A stretch of 63,736 nucleotides of DNA, the filler included, from Octopus bimaculoides (lineage: Eukaryota): NCBI RefSeq assembly GCF_001194135.2. It is 6 parts of 6 records of this genome, joined end to end, with 100 filler letters (N's around TTAATTAATTAA, not from the genome) between each part and the next. Parts side by side here need not be neighbours in the genome. Positions count along the whole stretch, not along the records: positions 15,648 to 28,232 come from NC_068981.1; positions 28,333 to 55,512 come from NC_068995.1; 4 more parts are not named here. One strand, 5' to 3'. Below the pieces are notes generated by a model, which did no database searches, had not been told where the DNA came from, and worked only from the letters and a program-made list of their open reading frames with translations. Below, one piece after another: positions 24,031 through 37,284 of this stretch. A program made the position numbers and the translations under genes. Within the stretch, counting starts at the first letter, position 1, and the number at the start of each line of letters is the position of its first letter.

Positions 24031-25604
24031 TTCACATTAGGCACTCTACATCTTTCAGGAGGATTTTGTTTTTGCAGATAAGATATGTTCTGTCTATAAA
24101 ATAAAAAACAAAAAATGATACAGGATGGACATGGCCAAATTAGCTTAGGCCATGGGTCTGCTTGATTAGAACTAGGTAGGAGTTTAACAACAACAATTAA
24201 AACACTAGTTGTTTGCCAAGGATTAAAGGAATTGGGTTAGAAGATTGTGATGAGTAATTACCAAATCATTGAAGATCTTTAAAACTCAATGTGTATGTCC
24301 CACCAGTTGATACTTCATTAATTAGAGACTGATAAAGGGACAGTGATATTTAATGAAGACAGTGCTTTTGCAATATATTGAAGGCAGGAAAGAGGTACAT
24401 TGATAAAAGCAACACCATTTTAGTGATATTCATGAGGGAACATTTTAAAAGACAATACAAAGATATCACTAGTATAGAAATGTCATTAAGAAGATGTTTT
24501 CCTTGCAGTGTAGAAACAATCAGCATTTAGAACCTTTATGATTAAGTTTAGTTTTAAAAATTGATTGATTATTGATTCTTTTTTATCATTATCATCATCA
24601 TCACCATCAACATCACCACCAGTACCACCACCATTGTCATGCATGGGTTGGAGGTTGTCTTCTCCAGCATGGTGTTTCCTCAGTTGTCATAATCACTCTC
24701 ATCGTCCCATTTGAAGAGGCTCAACAACTTTAAGCTTTCACCACCATTTCTTCCTCAGCCTTTAACAACTGCCTATCCCAGTTAGTATAAGTCTCTATGG
24801 CTTGTGTATTCACTTGATTGGTAAGTGTCCTTGTTGGTTTTCTAAATTTAGTGTTGTCATATAGTTAGGTCATTTGTGTCACAGAACTCCAACAGCCTTG
24901 AACCCTCTCCTACTCATTCCTTGTTCCATATCCTTAACTTCCATGTACTCTAGTGTTGCCCAGTATGTCCTTTAAAATCAGCAGCCTCTAAGAAGTTCTC
25001 ATAGAAATGGGCCTTTTGCTCATGATATTAATGAAATTTATTATTTGTTAGTCCTGATGTTATTTTATTGCCCATGATTAATCTAAGCTTAATTATGCTG
25101 CCACATACTCGGTTACTGCATTTATTTCATCTATCCATTTCTCTGTCAATAACATACCTAATCCACCCACCCAAAGGGATTTAGATTTATGTTCCTTGCT
25201 TATGAAGCAACTGGCTAAAGCTTCTCCTCTACTGCCTTCTAACCTCATGCACATATCCACTCTCCCCACTCCGATACCTTAACAATATCTCTATACCTAC
25301 CTTTCATCATAACACTGATGATGGCAGCTCTGAAGTTTTGTATCTGACAGGAAGAGATGAGGCTTTCCACTACTGGTTGGATTGTTGTTTCATGTGTATG
25401 TTCTGCCTCTTAAAAAAAATGGGGGTGTTTATGTTCTTTTTGCTCCAAGCTCTTCCATTGCTAGGAATTCAGTCACTCCAAACCAACCACCAGCACCCCT
25501 ATGGCTCTTCAACCAGTCATATAAACTCAAACCCACCAGTCTTCTGTGATCATCTTTCCTACTTCTCTACTTCCATCCATTTCTTTTGTAATATTTCTAT
25601 ATAT

Positions 25605-25810
25605 TAAGGCAGTGAGCTGGTAGAAACAGTAGCATGTCGGGTGAAATGCTTAGCAGTATTTCGTCTGTCTTTACATTCTGAGTTCAAATTCCACCAAGGT
25701 CAACTTTGCTTTTATCTTTTATCCTTTCAGGGTCGATAAATTAAGTACCAGTTGCATACTGGGGTCAATCTAATCAACTGGCCCTTGTGCCTAGATTAGA
25801 AAAGAATATT
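25605..25810 (+). mobile_element. SINE family B, CpG-decayed
   Basis: Homology to family B; most CpG sites are TG/CA. Confidence 0.85.
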
Positions 25811-26203
25811 TCTATATAATTTTCAGTATTCCTAGTTTTTACTTTGATTCCTGCTTTTCATATCATTAAATGTTTTTAGATTAGAAAGTATAATCTGTGA
25901 TCTCTATGTTCATAAATATATTCAACATATGAACAAATAATATACATGCAAATCAGCAATGGTTGGTTTCAATATATTCATCCACCCATTAATGCCTTTT
26001 CCTCATTTTTAAAGTGATCCCCCCACACACACACACTTCTCCCTCTAAAAGACTGTATATTATTTCCTTTGCACACTTTCATCTGTAATGTTTTTTTCAT
26101 TTCATGTTTTCATATCATTTAATGATTTTGAGGTTTTTCTATTAATTATTAATACATGCACTCTCTCACATACATATATATGGATATACACACCTACACA
26201 TGC

Positions 26204-26239
<36 letters not shown>

Positions 26240-27750
26240 AAATGGAACAAAAACACAATAGATGGCATTAAAACGTTTGGACAGATAGACGACATAAAAG
26301 CAGACAAGAGAAACAATAATTAGAAGGACAGGCAGAAAAGACGAGTCATTCTTGGCTTTCTTTCTTCAGTCAAGTACCAGAAGTCACGACCATTTCGGAC
26401 AGTTACACTTGGGATGGTTCAATCTGGTTGTCCCCAAAAAAGTCTAAGCTAAGAGCATTAGACCCCTTTGTAAGAAAGCTAGCGAATGTACGCAGCAGTA
26501 CATCCATGTGTGTGAGTATATAGTACACCAAAATAATGCAATGGTACCCCTTAAGTAAGTTGGGGTTTTGTTAAATCAATTTATTCAGTTCCACACACTA
26601 TGTAAAAGGTTAGAAGTCGTTTCTCCTTTACAGTTCATCTTTACACTTTAATGTTTATAAAGTACAGACAACTGTGTTTGTTAAAATAAACTAAGTTAAA
26701 ATGGGATCCTTTTTAAGCATTACATTAATTTAACAGTAACCTTTTCTGTCTTTTAATAAATCTTAAAAGATCTTTTATTATACTCTTAATAATATTTATC
26801 AATTTTTTTTTTTAAATCAGTTTAACCAAACAAAAACCTAAAATCAAGTTTAGCTTACATTACACTATAAGATAAGTACTGTCAATATATGTTTTCATTA
26901 TCTAGAATATTTATACCTAATATATAGATACCTATTGAAGGATATTTGGTTCATTGTCAGCTGATAAATTGTAACGTTGATTATAAATATGATCGTTAGT
27001 TCATAATTAATTTTTAGATGAGATATTTTATGATTAATTAGAGAAACATGAAAATATGTGACAGTTGATTTTTGACGGTTATGTCATCTAGTAGATGATA
27101 TTTTGATAAATGCCTGACATTTCTCTCTTGCATATAACCACAGACTTTGATCATGGTTCACATATGTGTCTATAAAGTATTTAATGCAAAAAGTGTTTTA
27201 TGTGTTACAACATTTAGAAACTGTCAACCTTCTTTCAGATTTTATCTTCCCTGAGGCCAAGGTTGGAAGAATTTGTTTTTTTTGTTTTTTCTTCTCTTCT
27301 ATTTCATTCTCATTTTCATTCTCAGAATGATTTCTCACTGTTTCAGTTTGTCAATGTTTGGAATTTTCAAGTGTATGTGTTTTTTTTTCTTTTTGTTTTT
27401 TTTAAATTTTATTTTGATATTTTGTATTTATTTTATTTTATTTTATTTTTTTACTTTTGTACATCAAAATAATCTTGACACTGTTACTACAATGTGTTGC
27501 GTGATATGTAATAATTTAACCATTGTTATTTTAGAACTAAGAAATAATTCTTTTTTTATTATCTTATTACTTTAACAATGTTTCTTCAATCTAGGAAAGA
27601 TACACTGTAGTAGAACATTCATACTGAATTAATTTTAATAATTGTTCTAATATTAATTGATGGTAAATCATTTACTTTGGTGTAAACTCAGTTTAGTACT
27701 TAGATTGCTTTTCTTAATTTTTTTTCAGAAAAAAATATATATATGCATAA

Positions 27751-27910
27751 GCACAGGAGTGGGTGTGTGGTAAGTAGCTTGCTTACCAACCACATTGTTC
27801 CAGGTTCAGTCCCACTGCATGACATCTTGGTCAAGTGTCTTCTACTATAGCCTCAAGCTGACTATAGCCTTGTGAGTGGATTTGGTAGACAGAAACTGAA
27901 GCCCATCGTA
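27751..27910 (+). mobile_element. SINE family A head fused to RTE RT
   Basis: Head ends ...GAAACTGAAGCCCATCGTA and continues directly into RT coding sequence. Confidence 0.85.
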
Positions 27911-28232
27911 CCTCTGTACCTGGCTTTCGTTGACATGGAGAAAGCCTTTGACAGGGTCCCCCGATCCCTTATCTGGTGGTCAATGAGGAAACTTGGGATA
28001 GAAGAATGGTTAGTGAGAGCTGTGCGAGCCATGTACAGAGATGCTGCCAGTAAGGTGAGGGTTGGAAATGAGTACAGCAATGAATTCCGGGTAGAGGTAG
28101 GGGTCTACCAAGGTTCCGTCCTCAGCCCCCTCTTATTTATCATAGTCCTCCAGGCAATCACAGAGGAGTTCAAGACAGGTTGCCCCTGGGAGCTCCTCTA
28201 TGCTGATGACCTTGCCCTAATTGCGGAGTCAC
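27911..28232 (+). mobile_element. RTE-clade LINE reverse transcriptase fragment
   Basis: Open frame PLYLAFVDMEKAFDRVPR...GVYQGSVLSPLLF...LLYADDL with canonical non-LTR RT motifs; 5'-truncated and cut by an assembly join. Confidence 0.92.
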
Positions 28233-28332
28233 NNNNNNNNNNNNNNNNNNNNNNNNNNNNNNNNNNNNNNNNNNNNTTAATTAATTAANNNNNNNNNNNN
28301 NNNNNNNNNNNNNNNNNNNNNNNNNNNNNNNN
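28233..28332. other. Artificial scaffold spacer N44-TTAATTAATTAA-N44
   Basis: Identical structure to 9015-9114. Confidence 0.95.
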
Positions 28333-28624
28333 ATATATATATATATATATATGTACGTATGTATGCATGTATATATGAGTATATGAGCGCATTTGTGTGT
28401 TTGAAACTGTATCTACTTGAAAACCCATCTATGGATCAATGATACTGTCTATGGTTACGTCTTGTGTGACCAGCTGAGCATGTCTGATTCCTCTTTAATC
28501 TCTTCCTGACGATAAATTATATTCCAGGAAATTTCAAACTCGTTGCTCTACGTAGTTGTTATAGTGTCTTCTCTTGTAATAATTCTTTGCAGAATGAGGT
28601 CGTGCACAACATGAGTAGACATTC

Positions 28625-29030
28625 TTTCATTCTTTTATTCTTCAACTTGTTCTAGTCCTTGGACTGCGGTCATACTGGGGCACCTCCTTGAAGTATTTCA
28701 GTCGAACGAATCGTGTCCAGTAATTCTTTTTAAAGCCTGGTAATACTCTATCGGTTCCTTTTGTCGAACCGCTAGATACGGGGACGTAAACAAACCAACG
28801 CCGGTTCTCAAGCGGTAGTGGGGGACAAATGCGCGCGCGCACATACGCACGCACACATACACACGCATATACAGGATGGGTTTCTTTCGGTTTCCGTCTA
28901 CCAAATCCACTCACAAGACTTTGGTTTTACCCGGAGCTATAGTTGAAGACGCTTACTGAAGGTGCCACGCGATGGGACTGAACCCGGAACTGTGAAGTTG
29001 GGAAGCAAACTTCCGTCACAGTCACGCCTG
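28625..29030 (-). mobile_element. SINE family A, full length
   Basis: Homologous to the 6528-6925 copy in reverse. Confidence 0.85.
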
Positions 29031-29289
29031 ATCTTTTTTTTAATAAAGAAGTTCTTTAGTTGTAATGAATCTGAGGGACTGTAATGCAGTACGCTTTACG
29101 AAGTATTGCTTGTTCCTTTAGTAGAAACAGCTGTAAGCTTATGATGAATTTATTCGTGTTTGTTACTTTCCTTAACACACTTATATATATATATGTATAT
29201 ATATATACGTACCGGCATGCACATACACATATATAATTAACCAATATAAAATCACTATAAACTCAATCCGATGACAGTGTATAAATCCC

Positions 29290-29502
29290 GGCTTCAAATT
29301 TTGGCACAAGGCCAGTAAGTTCGGAGGAGTTGATAAAGCGATTGCATCGACCTCAGTGCTCAACTGGTGCTTATTTTATTGACCCCGAAAGGACGAAAAG
29401 TAAAATCGTCCTCGGCGGAATTTGAACTCAGAACGTAAAGACGACGAAATGCCGCTAAGCATTTTACCCGGCGTGCTAACGATTCTGCCAGCTCGGTGCC
29501 TA
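29290..29502 (-). mobile_element. SINE family B
   Basis: Reverse homology to family B. Confidence 0.85.
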
Positions 29503-29919
29503 ACACTATATAAATATCAATAATTATTCACACCAAATACATGATTGAATGTCAATAAAATAATTCCATTGAACTAAATATTTGTAAAATTATCAATAAA
29601 AAAAAAAAGCTTTACGATCACCGAGGAAGAATGTTTTGATTTCCAAACAACTCTCACAACAAATATTGAAAGTTTAAGTTATATGTCGGTGATGCGAGAA
29701 AAGGAAAAATAGTACATAAAGTTATAAGACCATGAAGTTGTTCAAGCATTGAAAGTTTATAAAAATACTGTCCTGTTTAGTAAACGTTGATCAGTGATTC
29801 TCAAAAATGAAGACTATTAAGTGGAAATAGAATGAGTTATTGACAATGTATAGTTCCTGCATAATATAATTAACAGTTAAGAAAATAGTAATCAGTTCTA
29901 TTACTGGGACAATATTGAA

Positions 29920-30300
29920 GAAAGAAGCTATTCACGTACATCGATCCTAGTATATGACTGGTATTTTATCTTACCGACTCTGATAGGATGAAAGGCAAAT
30001 TTGACTTCGGCAGAATTTGAACTACAAATTGTGAAGACCTACGAAATACTGCTAAGAATTTTGTCTGGCATGCTAACGGTTCTGCCAGCTCACCGCCTTA
30101 GTGAAGGAAATATTAATTTTAAATTTTGGCCCAAGGTTAGCAGTTTTGAAGGGAGGGCAAGTCGATTACATTGACCCCAGTACTTGTTTGGTATTTTATT
30201 TTATCGACCCGAAAGGATGAAAGAATGAAAGTTTACCTCGGCAGGATTTGAACCCAGACCGTAAAGGCCAGATGAAATGCCGCTAAACATTTTGCTCGTT
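29920..30300 (-). mobile_element. Two adjacent SINE family B copies
   Basis: Copies at about 29920-30100 and 30125-30300. Confidence 0.8.
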
Positions 30301-30739
30301 GACTTGAAGTGAAGAAAATAATAAGAAAACAAAAAGAAAAAAATCCATAGTATTAGGTGTGATTGTTAAAATATAAACCTTTTAGTCGATTGAAAGTGGA
30401 AAGTGTACCACAGAATATGTGATTTGGTTATACGGAATTAGCTAAACACAGTGTTGCCGTTTTGAAAAAGGGATAAAGCAAATGAAATAATTAGAAAATC
30501 CAATACTGTGGAGAGATGAGAAGACTGATAAACAGTACATCTAGAGTTGTCCACAGACTGTCGAACAAATTTGCTTTACCGCCTCAGAATAAATATATAA
30601 TTAAATAAAGCTCTCTGTTCGTAAGTTCCAAAATACGAAAATTCGTTTGTAGCACTAAACTAGCTTTGACGCAAACAAAGGAAGACCAGTAATAAGAAAA
30701 TAGTTATCGATTTCTTTATCGTAAGGCTACAAATATGTA

Positions 30740-30920
30740 TGGAAAAATACAGTCGATTAAATCGACTTCAGTGCATTAATAGTATTTATTTTATTGATCC
30801 TCGAAGGATGAAACGCGAAGTCGACCTTGGCGGAGTTGAATGCAGGATGAAAATGGACTTAGACAAATACTGCAAGATAATTTATCCGGCACTTTAAAGC
30901 TTCTGCACTTTTGTCAACTT
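30740..30920 (-). mobile_element. SINE family B, diverged
   Basis: Reverse homology to family B. Confidence 0.7.
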
Positions 30921-31393
30921 CCCTCTTTCACTGCGAAGAAAATAAATATGTATAAAATGATTTTCAGGAGATTGTCTTAACTGCTTTTTGTCTACATATG
31001 ATCACTCGATCTACTAGAAATAGCAACAAATCAACTTCATCGACTTAAACAAGCACAGTCATATTAACCAATGTTGTTTTTGAAGTAGAAAAACATTTGA
31101 TAGTCACTGATGAAAGTCATAAGTTTATTAAATAAAAGATAATCTAGAGCTAAACCATATAATCGACAACAACTTAAAATGAAGGAAACCATTACGTAGT
31201 TGATTGATATGCTGGAAAAAGCAGTCAAATCACCTTCATATAACATCTGATTATTTAAAATAATATTTTGATGATGTAAACGCTGATATACATAAGAAAA
31301 ATGGGGTGCTTAGAGCTGGAGTTTTCCATTAGAAATGGTCTGGATTTAAACTACACNNNNNNNNNNNNNNNNNNNNNNNNNNNNNNNNNNNNN

Positions 31394-31425
<32 letters not shown>

Positions 31426-32664
31426 AAGCCACATCTAAGTCCTGAGTAGAATATACTTCATTGTTGAGGTTTAATAGAATTGAATCCTACCGCTGCTGTC
31501 ACCAGTTAGTTTTGAAACCAGAACCACTTCCATCGGCCTTGTTTTTATTATCTCCAGATTTTAATTATTCATCTTGCTCCTTTTTTCTAATTTCTAAAGA
31601 TTTAGGAGTCTTTGTCTGCTAATTGCAAGGATTATATGATATACTAAAATTTTGTTAACTTACTATATTACATATAGTACATGTAATAGAAAGCCCCTTA
31701 TAGATCATTTAACTTGCTAGAAATAGCAATCAAATTTCCTGTCTCACAAAACACCATTTTAAGACTGCATTGGACAATGCAACATCCGATACGTAATGCC
31801 AAAAGAAAAAAAAAGTTGAGATGGCTATGGTTGGAAGCCAAGTTGGGAGTAAAAATAAGCAACTTGAAATACAATCACGTATGTTGTACAGTTTTATTAC
31901 TGGAAAATATCACTTGTTCAGAGCAATTATTTTGTAATGATTATATTAAAGAGTGAAAAATGTTAATTGAGGGTATCTTAATGAAATTAAGGAATAATTG
32001 TGTTTAAGATTTGTGTAAGAAAATAAATGAATAAATAAAGCTAAGCTGGTGAGATCTTGAATAAACTGGATGATGATATGAATGTGAAAATAAATTTTAT
32101 GAAGAAAACTAAAATGATATGGTTGTAAATATAAATGAGCTTGTCTCTGGAAATACTTAAAAATAGAAAAATTAACAAATACACCTCCAGCAAAGGACAG
32201 GCGGAGATAGCACATGACCTTAACAAACAAAAGTAAATTGAAAGCAATTGATATCATAGCTGCACCTTTAATTTTCATATGGAAACTGAATAAATGGAAA
32301 ATAATAACATAAAAGTAGAAACAACAACAGTAAAATTATTGGTAAATGACAGTAACAAAAACATGAATGTCATTATTACGAACTGTGATATCGTTAGCAA
32401 CAACAGTAACGTTAAAAAATGACAGTAGCATAATTAACGATAACAACAACATTAACATTATTCACAGCACTAACATTTTGAATAATAGTAGAAGCATCCT
32501 TATTGGCAATAGCAACATTAGCGTCATTAAAAACAATATTTGTAACAGCGACAATAATATTTTTGCACCAGAAACAGAAATATTATAAGACACCTCAAAA
32601 GTATCAGTAATAACATTACAAGAAACTGTAACTAACATTGTTAGTAACACCAGAAATAACATAA

Positions 32665-33120
32665 ATATTTATTTCTTTATTGCCCACAGAAGGATAAACA
32701 TAGAGGGAATAAACAAGGACAGACAATCAGATTGAGTCGATTACATCGACCCCGGTGCGTAACTGGTACTTATTTAATCGACCCCGAAAGGATGAAAGGC
32801 AAATTCAACCTCAGCGGAATTTGAACTCAGAACGTAACGGCAGACGAAATACCTATTTCTTTACTGCCCACAAGGGGCTACACACAGAGGGGACAAACAA
32901 GGACAGACAAACGGATTAAGTCGATTATATCGACCCCAGTGCGTAACTGGTACTTAATTTATCGACCCCGAAAGGATGAAAGGCAAAGTCGACCTCGGCG
33001 GAATTTGAACTCAGACAATAAAGGGCTGGCAGAAATGCTGCTAAGTATTTTTGTCCGGTGTGTTAATGACTTTGCTAATTCGTCGCCTTAAATTGATTCT
33101 GTCAGCTCATCGCCTTAGTA
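32665..33120 (-). mobile_element. SINE family B tandem dimer
   Basis: Monomer tail ...AAAGAAATAG runs directly into GTATTTCGTCTGCCGTTACG of a clipped second monomer. Confidence 0.88.
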
Positions 33121-34227
33121 TCAGCAATAATGATATTATTTGCAACAACAACAACATAGTTAGAAACATCAACAGAAGCATTATTAACAGCAATGGGATT
33201 TGAAACTGAAAGAGAACACCAACATGGTCTTCAATGACGATATTATTAGCAAAGCAACAGTAACATTATTTGTAATAGTAATACTATTAGCAATAACAGC
33301 ATTATTAGCAGCAGAAACATTATGCTATGTAATAAAAGATTTAGTTCATTTTTTTTTTTGTTCCTGGGTAGTTAATATTATTTCCTTATTGCGTATGTTC
33401 AAAATGTATAGAAAATGGCAATTATTCTCTTTCAACTTTGTTTTTCTGACTTAATTAATTACGTTTTGAAACTTATCTAATTTCAAGAACATTCCAAATT
33501 GATTCGATACCGTAGACTCGGAAGAGAATTTTCTCGAGAATTAAAAAAAAAAACTTACTGAAAATTTCTAGAACTTTCCAGTAATATAAATAAAAAGGCT
33601 TTCAATTTTGTTCTAGCTGCCTAAATGGATAGGCCTATCCGCATTCATCTGAGATAATATGAAGACTGCAAGCATTTAGCAAATGCATTTCGTTGTTTGT
33701 GGCCAAATTATCAACTCAAGGCGGAAAAATTACTTTGTGGTAAAAATCTGCTAAAGTGTATGAGGCTTACAAAAATATACTTCTTTGCACGACAAACACT
33801 TGGCATCTCACTTCACCTGCGAGGAATGCAAAAATACTCCAGAAGGTAAAATGTACAAGTTTTGTTTGCTTGAATAGTGGAATTTTATATTTAAAAGATC
33901 TTTTTAAATATAAAATTGATAAAAAGTTTCTCAAGTATGTGATTCGAAATACAGTCTGTCCGCGTGACACCTCGGACAAGTGTTTTCTACTATTAGCCTT
34001 TGAGTAGATTTGGTACATGGAAACTGAAACAAATCCATCGTGTAAATACACGTGTGTGTGTGTGTGTATGTGCGCACGCGCACGTTTGTGCTTGTATTTG
34101 TAACAAAAATTAAGCTGACCAGCAAGCGCAATGGTACAAGAACGAAATCGTAATAAGATTAACAACAGTAATTGCAAACATGAAGAGTAACGTTATTAGC
34201 ATCGAAAATAGTAAAATTATTTCTACT

Positions 34228-34555
34228 ATAGGTTCAAGGCCTGAAATGTTTGGGAAGAGGCTAGTCGATTACATCATCCACCAGTGCCTAACTGGTACTT
34301 ATTTTATCGACACCCAAAAGAATGAAAGGCAAAGTCAACCTCAGCAGAATTTGAACTCCGAACGTAAAGATGGACGAAATACTACTAGCGGCATTTTGTC
34401 CCTTTTTACGTTCTGAGTTAAAATTCTGCCGAGTTCGAGTTTACCTGCCTTTCATCATTTCGAGGTCAATAAAATAAGTACCTGTTGAGCACAGTAGTCG
34501 ATGTAATCGACTTACCCAAATCCTGAAATGCTGACCTTGTGCCAAAATTTGCAGC
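34228..34555. mobile_element. Head-to-head inverted pair of SINE family B copies
   Basis: Minus copy about 34228-34385 and plus copy about 34385-34555, both lacking the extreme 5' head. Confidence 0.8.
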
Positions 34556-35064
34556 CTATATTAACAGCAACACTATAATTAACAATTAAAGTTATATTAT
34601 TGACAACGATTATAATATTATAACTAGTATCGGTAACAGTAAGATCATTAATAAAAACAACGTTAATATCATTAGCAACAACTACAGTAACATTAATGGA
34701 ACTTGTAATAATATATAACAGAAACAACAACAAGAGATATATTATAAGCAAACTTTACATAGATATTACCAGCAACTGCAAAAGGAATATAATCTGCATA
34801 TTAAAAGTTGCACCCTTAACTAATGTATCACAATTAGAGACAGTAATTAGTATCATAAGAAATAGCAAAAGTAGCATTCTTAGTAACAGTAGCCTGATTA
34901 GCAACAATCATTAATGTTTTAGCAGCAGTAATGGTAATATGTTTTAGTAAAAATCAACGTTAACAGCATTAACAACAACAATAGCATCAATATTAGAGCA
35001 GTAATAATACTATATTTAGTAACTGTATTATTGGCAACCATAGCAGTAACAGTATTGATTTCGA

Positions 35065-35245
35065 TTTTTTGGCACAAGGCCAGCAATTTTGGAGCAGGAG
35101 GTAAGTCAATTGTATCGCCCCAGTACTCAGCTGGTACTTATTTTATCGACGACCTCGGTAGAATTTGAACTTAGAACTTAAGGACGGACGAAATACCGCT
35201 AAGCATTTTTCCTGGATTGCTAACGATTCTGCCTGCTCGCCGCCT
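35065..35245 (-). mobile_element. SINE family B
   Basis: Reverse homology to family B. Confidence 0.8.
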
Positions 35246-36139
35246 ATATAGTAGTAAATATATTAGCAACAGAAATTAACTGTAGAATTAACATTATTAG
35301 CAATAGAAAAAATAACATTAACGACATTAACAACAAGACAATTACAGCTAGAACGTATTAACGACGGAAACAGTAATATTAATAGTAATTGAAAATAACT
35401 AAGGTACCATTGTTAAGAATAGCATGACAACAGTAATGCATTGACAAAAAAAAATCAGAAAACTATTAGCAACTGTCATTATTAGTACCAGCTGCGGTAA
35501 AATTTTTAGAAACAGTAATAGCATCAATGACGTTGTATGCAGCAGCAAGTTGAACAGAGACAGCAACGGAGAGAGTAACTTTGTTATAAACAATGATATT
35601 AACAACAGTAACCAATATTAGCATCAGTAACAAGCAATATCATTAAGCAAGGACAGGAATATTTTGAGCATTTTGAAAATCATATTAGCAACAGTGACAA
35701 TAACAGCAAAATATTAACAACAGTATCGTTAATACTACTGTTACTTGTATTGTCAGTATTGCTAATCCTGTTCACTATCTTTTTGCCAAATAACACCGGA
35801 CAGCTAAAAAAAAAAATAAAAAAATAAAAAAATGTCATGCTATTTAAACTTTTTCAGCTGATTTAATGTAATTTTAAGGTGCTGAATCCGAATCTGTCAT
35901 CAGTTTTCAGACAGCACATGTGGGTTTTTTTTAGTTATCCACAGCATCATATTTCCCAACCAATTGATAATATTGACAAAGTGGTAGGCTATTTGCTTTC
36001 GATTTTCATTCATATACTCATCACTGAAACAAAAATAAGTGCTGATAGAGGGAAATGTAGGCTACCTGTTAAATTGCCTCACAAGATGAGAATTTATTTT
36101 ACTTTGTTATCGCTGTAATTATAGTAAAGTTCTCACAGT

Positions 36140-36520
36140 AGGCTATTGATATTAGGTTATAGTAAGCCACTCAGACTCCCTTTTCTTGATAGCTGCTAGT
36201 GCTGTTAAAACAAAGTACATCAAATAGGAGAGCCAGGTAATATGAAAAGTAGTTTAGTAGTAAGATTAGTGAACTGTAACTAATATTACAGCTATTGTTG
36301 CTAACTTTGTCCCTGCTTCTAATACAATCGCTCATGTTCTCATATATGCTTTTTGATGTCATTCTTGAGCATTTGAAAGTTCCACCTCGCTTTTGGCAGA
36401 GATCTTAATACTGGTGTAGTAGTTTCATTTCTTATAAGATCAGTTTATGTTTATCATTCAGGATGTCATCGAAGTCTTTGTGTTGGAAGAGGGGTCCTAA
36501 TTTTTTGCCAAGGTACCATG
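36140..36520 (-). mobile_element. Decayed transposase-like remnant
   Basis: Fragmentary minus frames (LRSLPKARWNFQMLKND; SYY*TTFHITWLSYLMYF), next to a repeat-like segment at 35770-36120. Superfamily not assigned. Confidence 0.3.
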
Positions 36521-36806
36521 TCAATGGCAACTTTGTGGAAGTAACAATAAAAAAGAACTGAAAAAAAAAATTAACTGCTATGTTGTATGTTGAACATGGG
36601 AACAATTTGTCAAACTCTTTATGAGTTAAGATGATGAATAATCCTCATCCATCAAATGTAAATTTTATATATGTAATTTCAGATCTAAAAACACATTTTC
36701 CTTGACATTTATGAAATATATTTTCTAAGACATTTTTCATTTTACATTCTTATTTTTTTTGTTTTTTCCAGTATAGAAATGTGATCGAATTTATTACGCG
36801 CACAGA

Positions 36807-36842
<36 letters not shown>

Positions 36843-36852
36843 NNNNNNNNNN

Positions 36853-36913
<61 letters not shown>

Positions 36914-37284
36914 TGTATATATATATGAATTATCGTCAGAGAAAGTAACGGGGAAGGAGAGACATAGGTAGTAGATATAGATGCTTGCATACTTTTTAAG
37001 TTGGTTTCGACATCATATATAAAAGAATTACTTTATCAAAAATTTGTCATAGATTTTCTTTCTTATTCTATGACACTGAAGAATGTTGTATGTCTGAGAC
37101 AGCTGTCACGTACCCAAAGTAATTATTATACTTTGTGTTGGTAACGATTGTTGCCACTATTTTGTGTTGCCATTATTAGTGTTGTATGGCAATAATGATG
37201 GTAGGACTAATTCTAAAAATGAAGGCCTCGTATTGAAACAAGGCTATTGAATAAACATAAACTTGCAAAACCTCTTACTGAAGT

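Larger units (their letters stand above)
32290..35760. repeat. Long degenerate triplet low-complexity tract (AAC/AAT/AGC/AGT) interrupted by SINEs
   Basis: Recurrent AACAACAGTAACATTA-like motifs on the + strand. Confidence 0.7.

Noticed and set aside
29122-29132. 11-nt micro-exon candidate with good splice signals
   Set aside because: Too short to distinguish from chance without RNA data.
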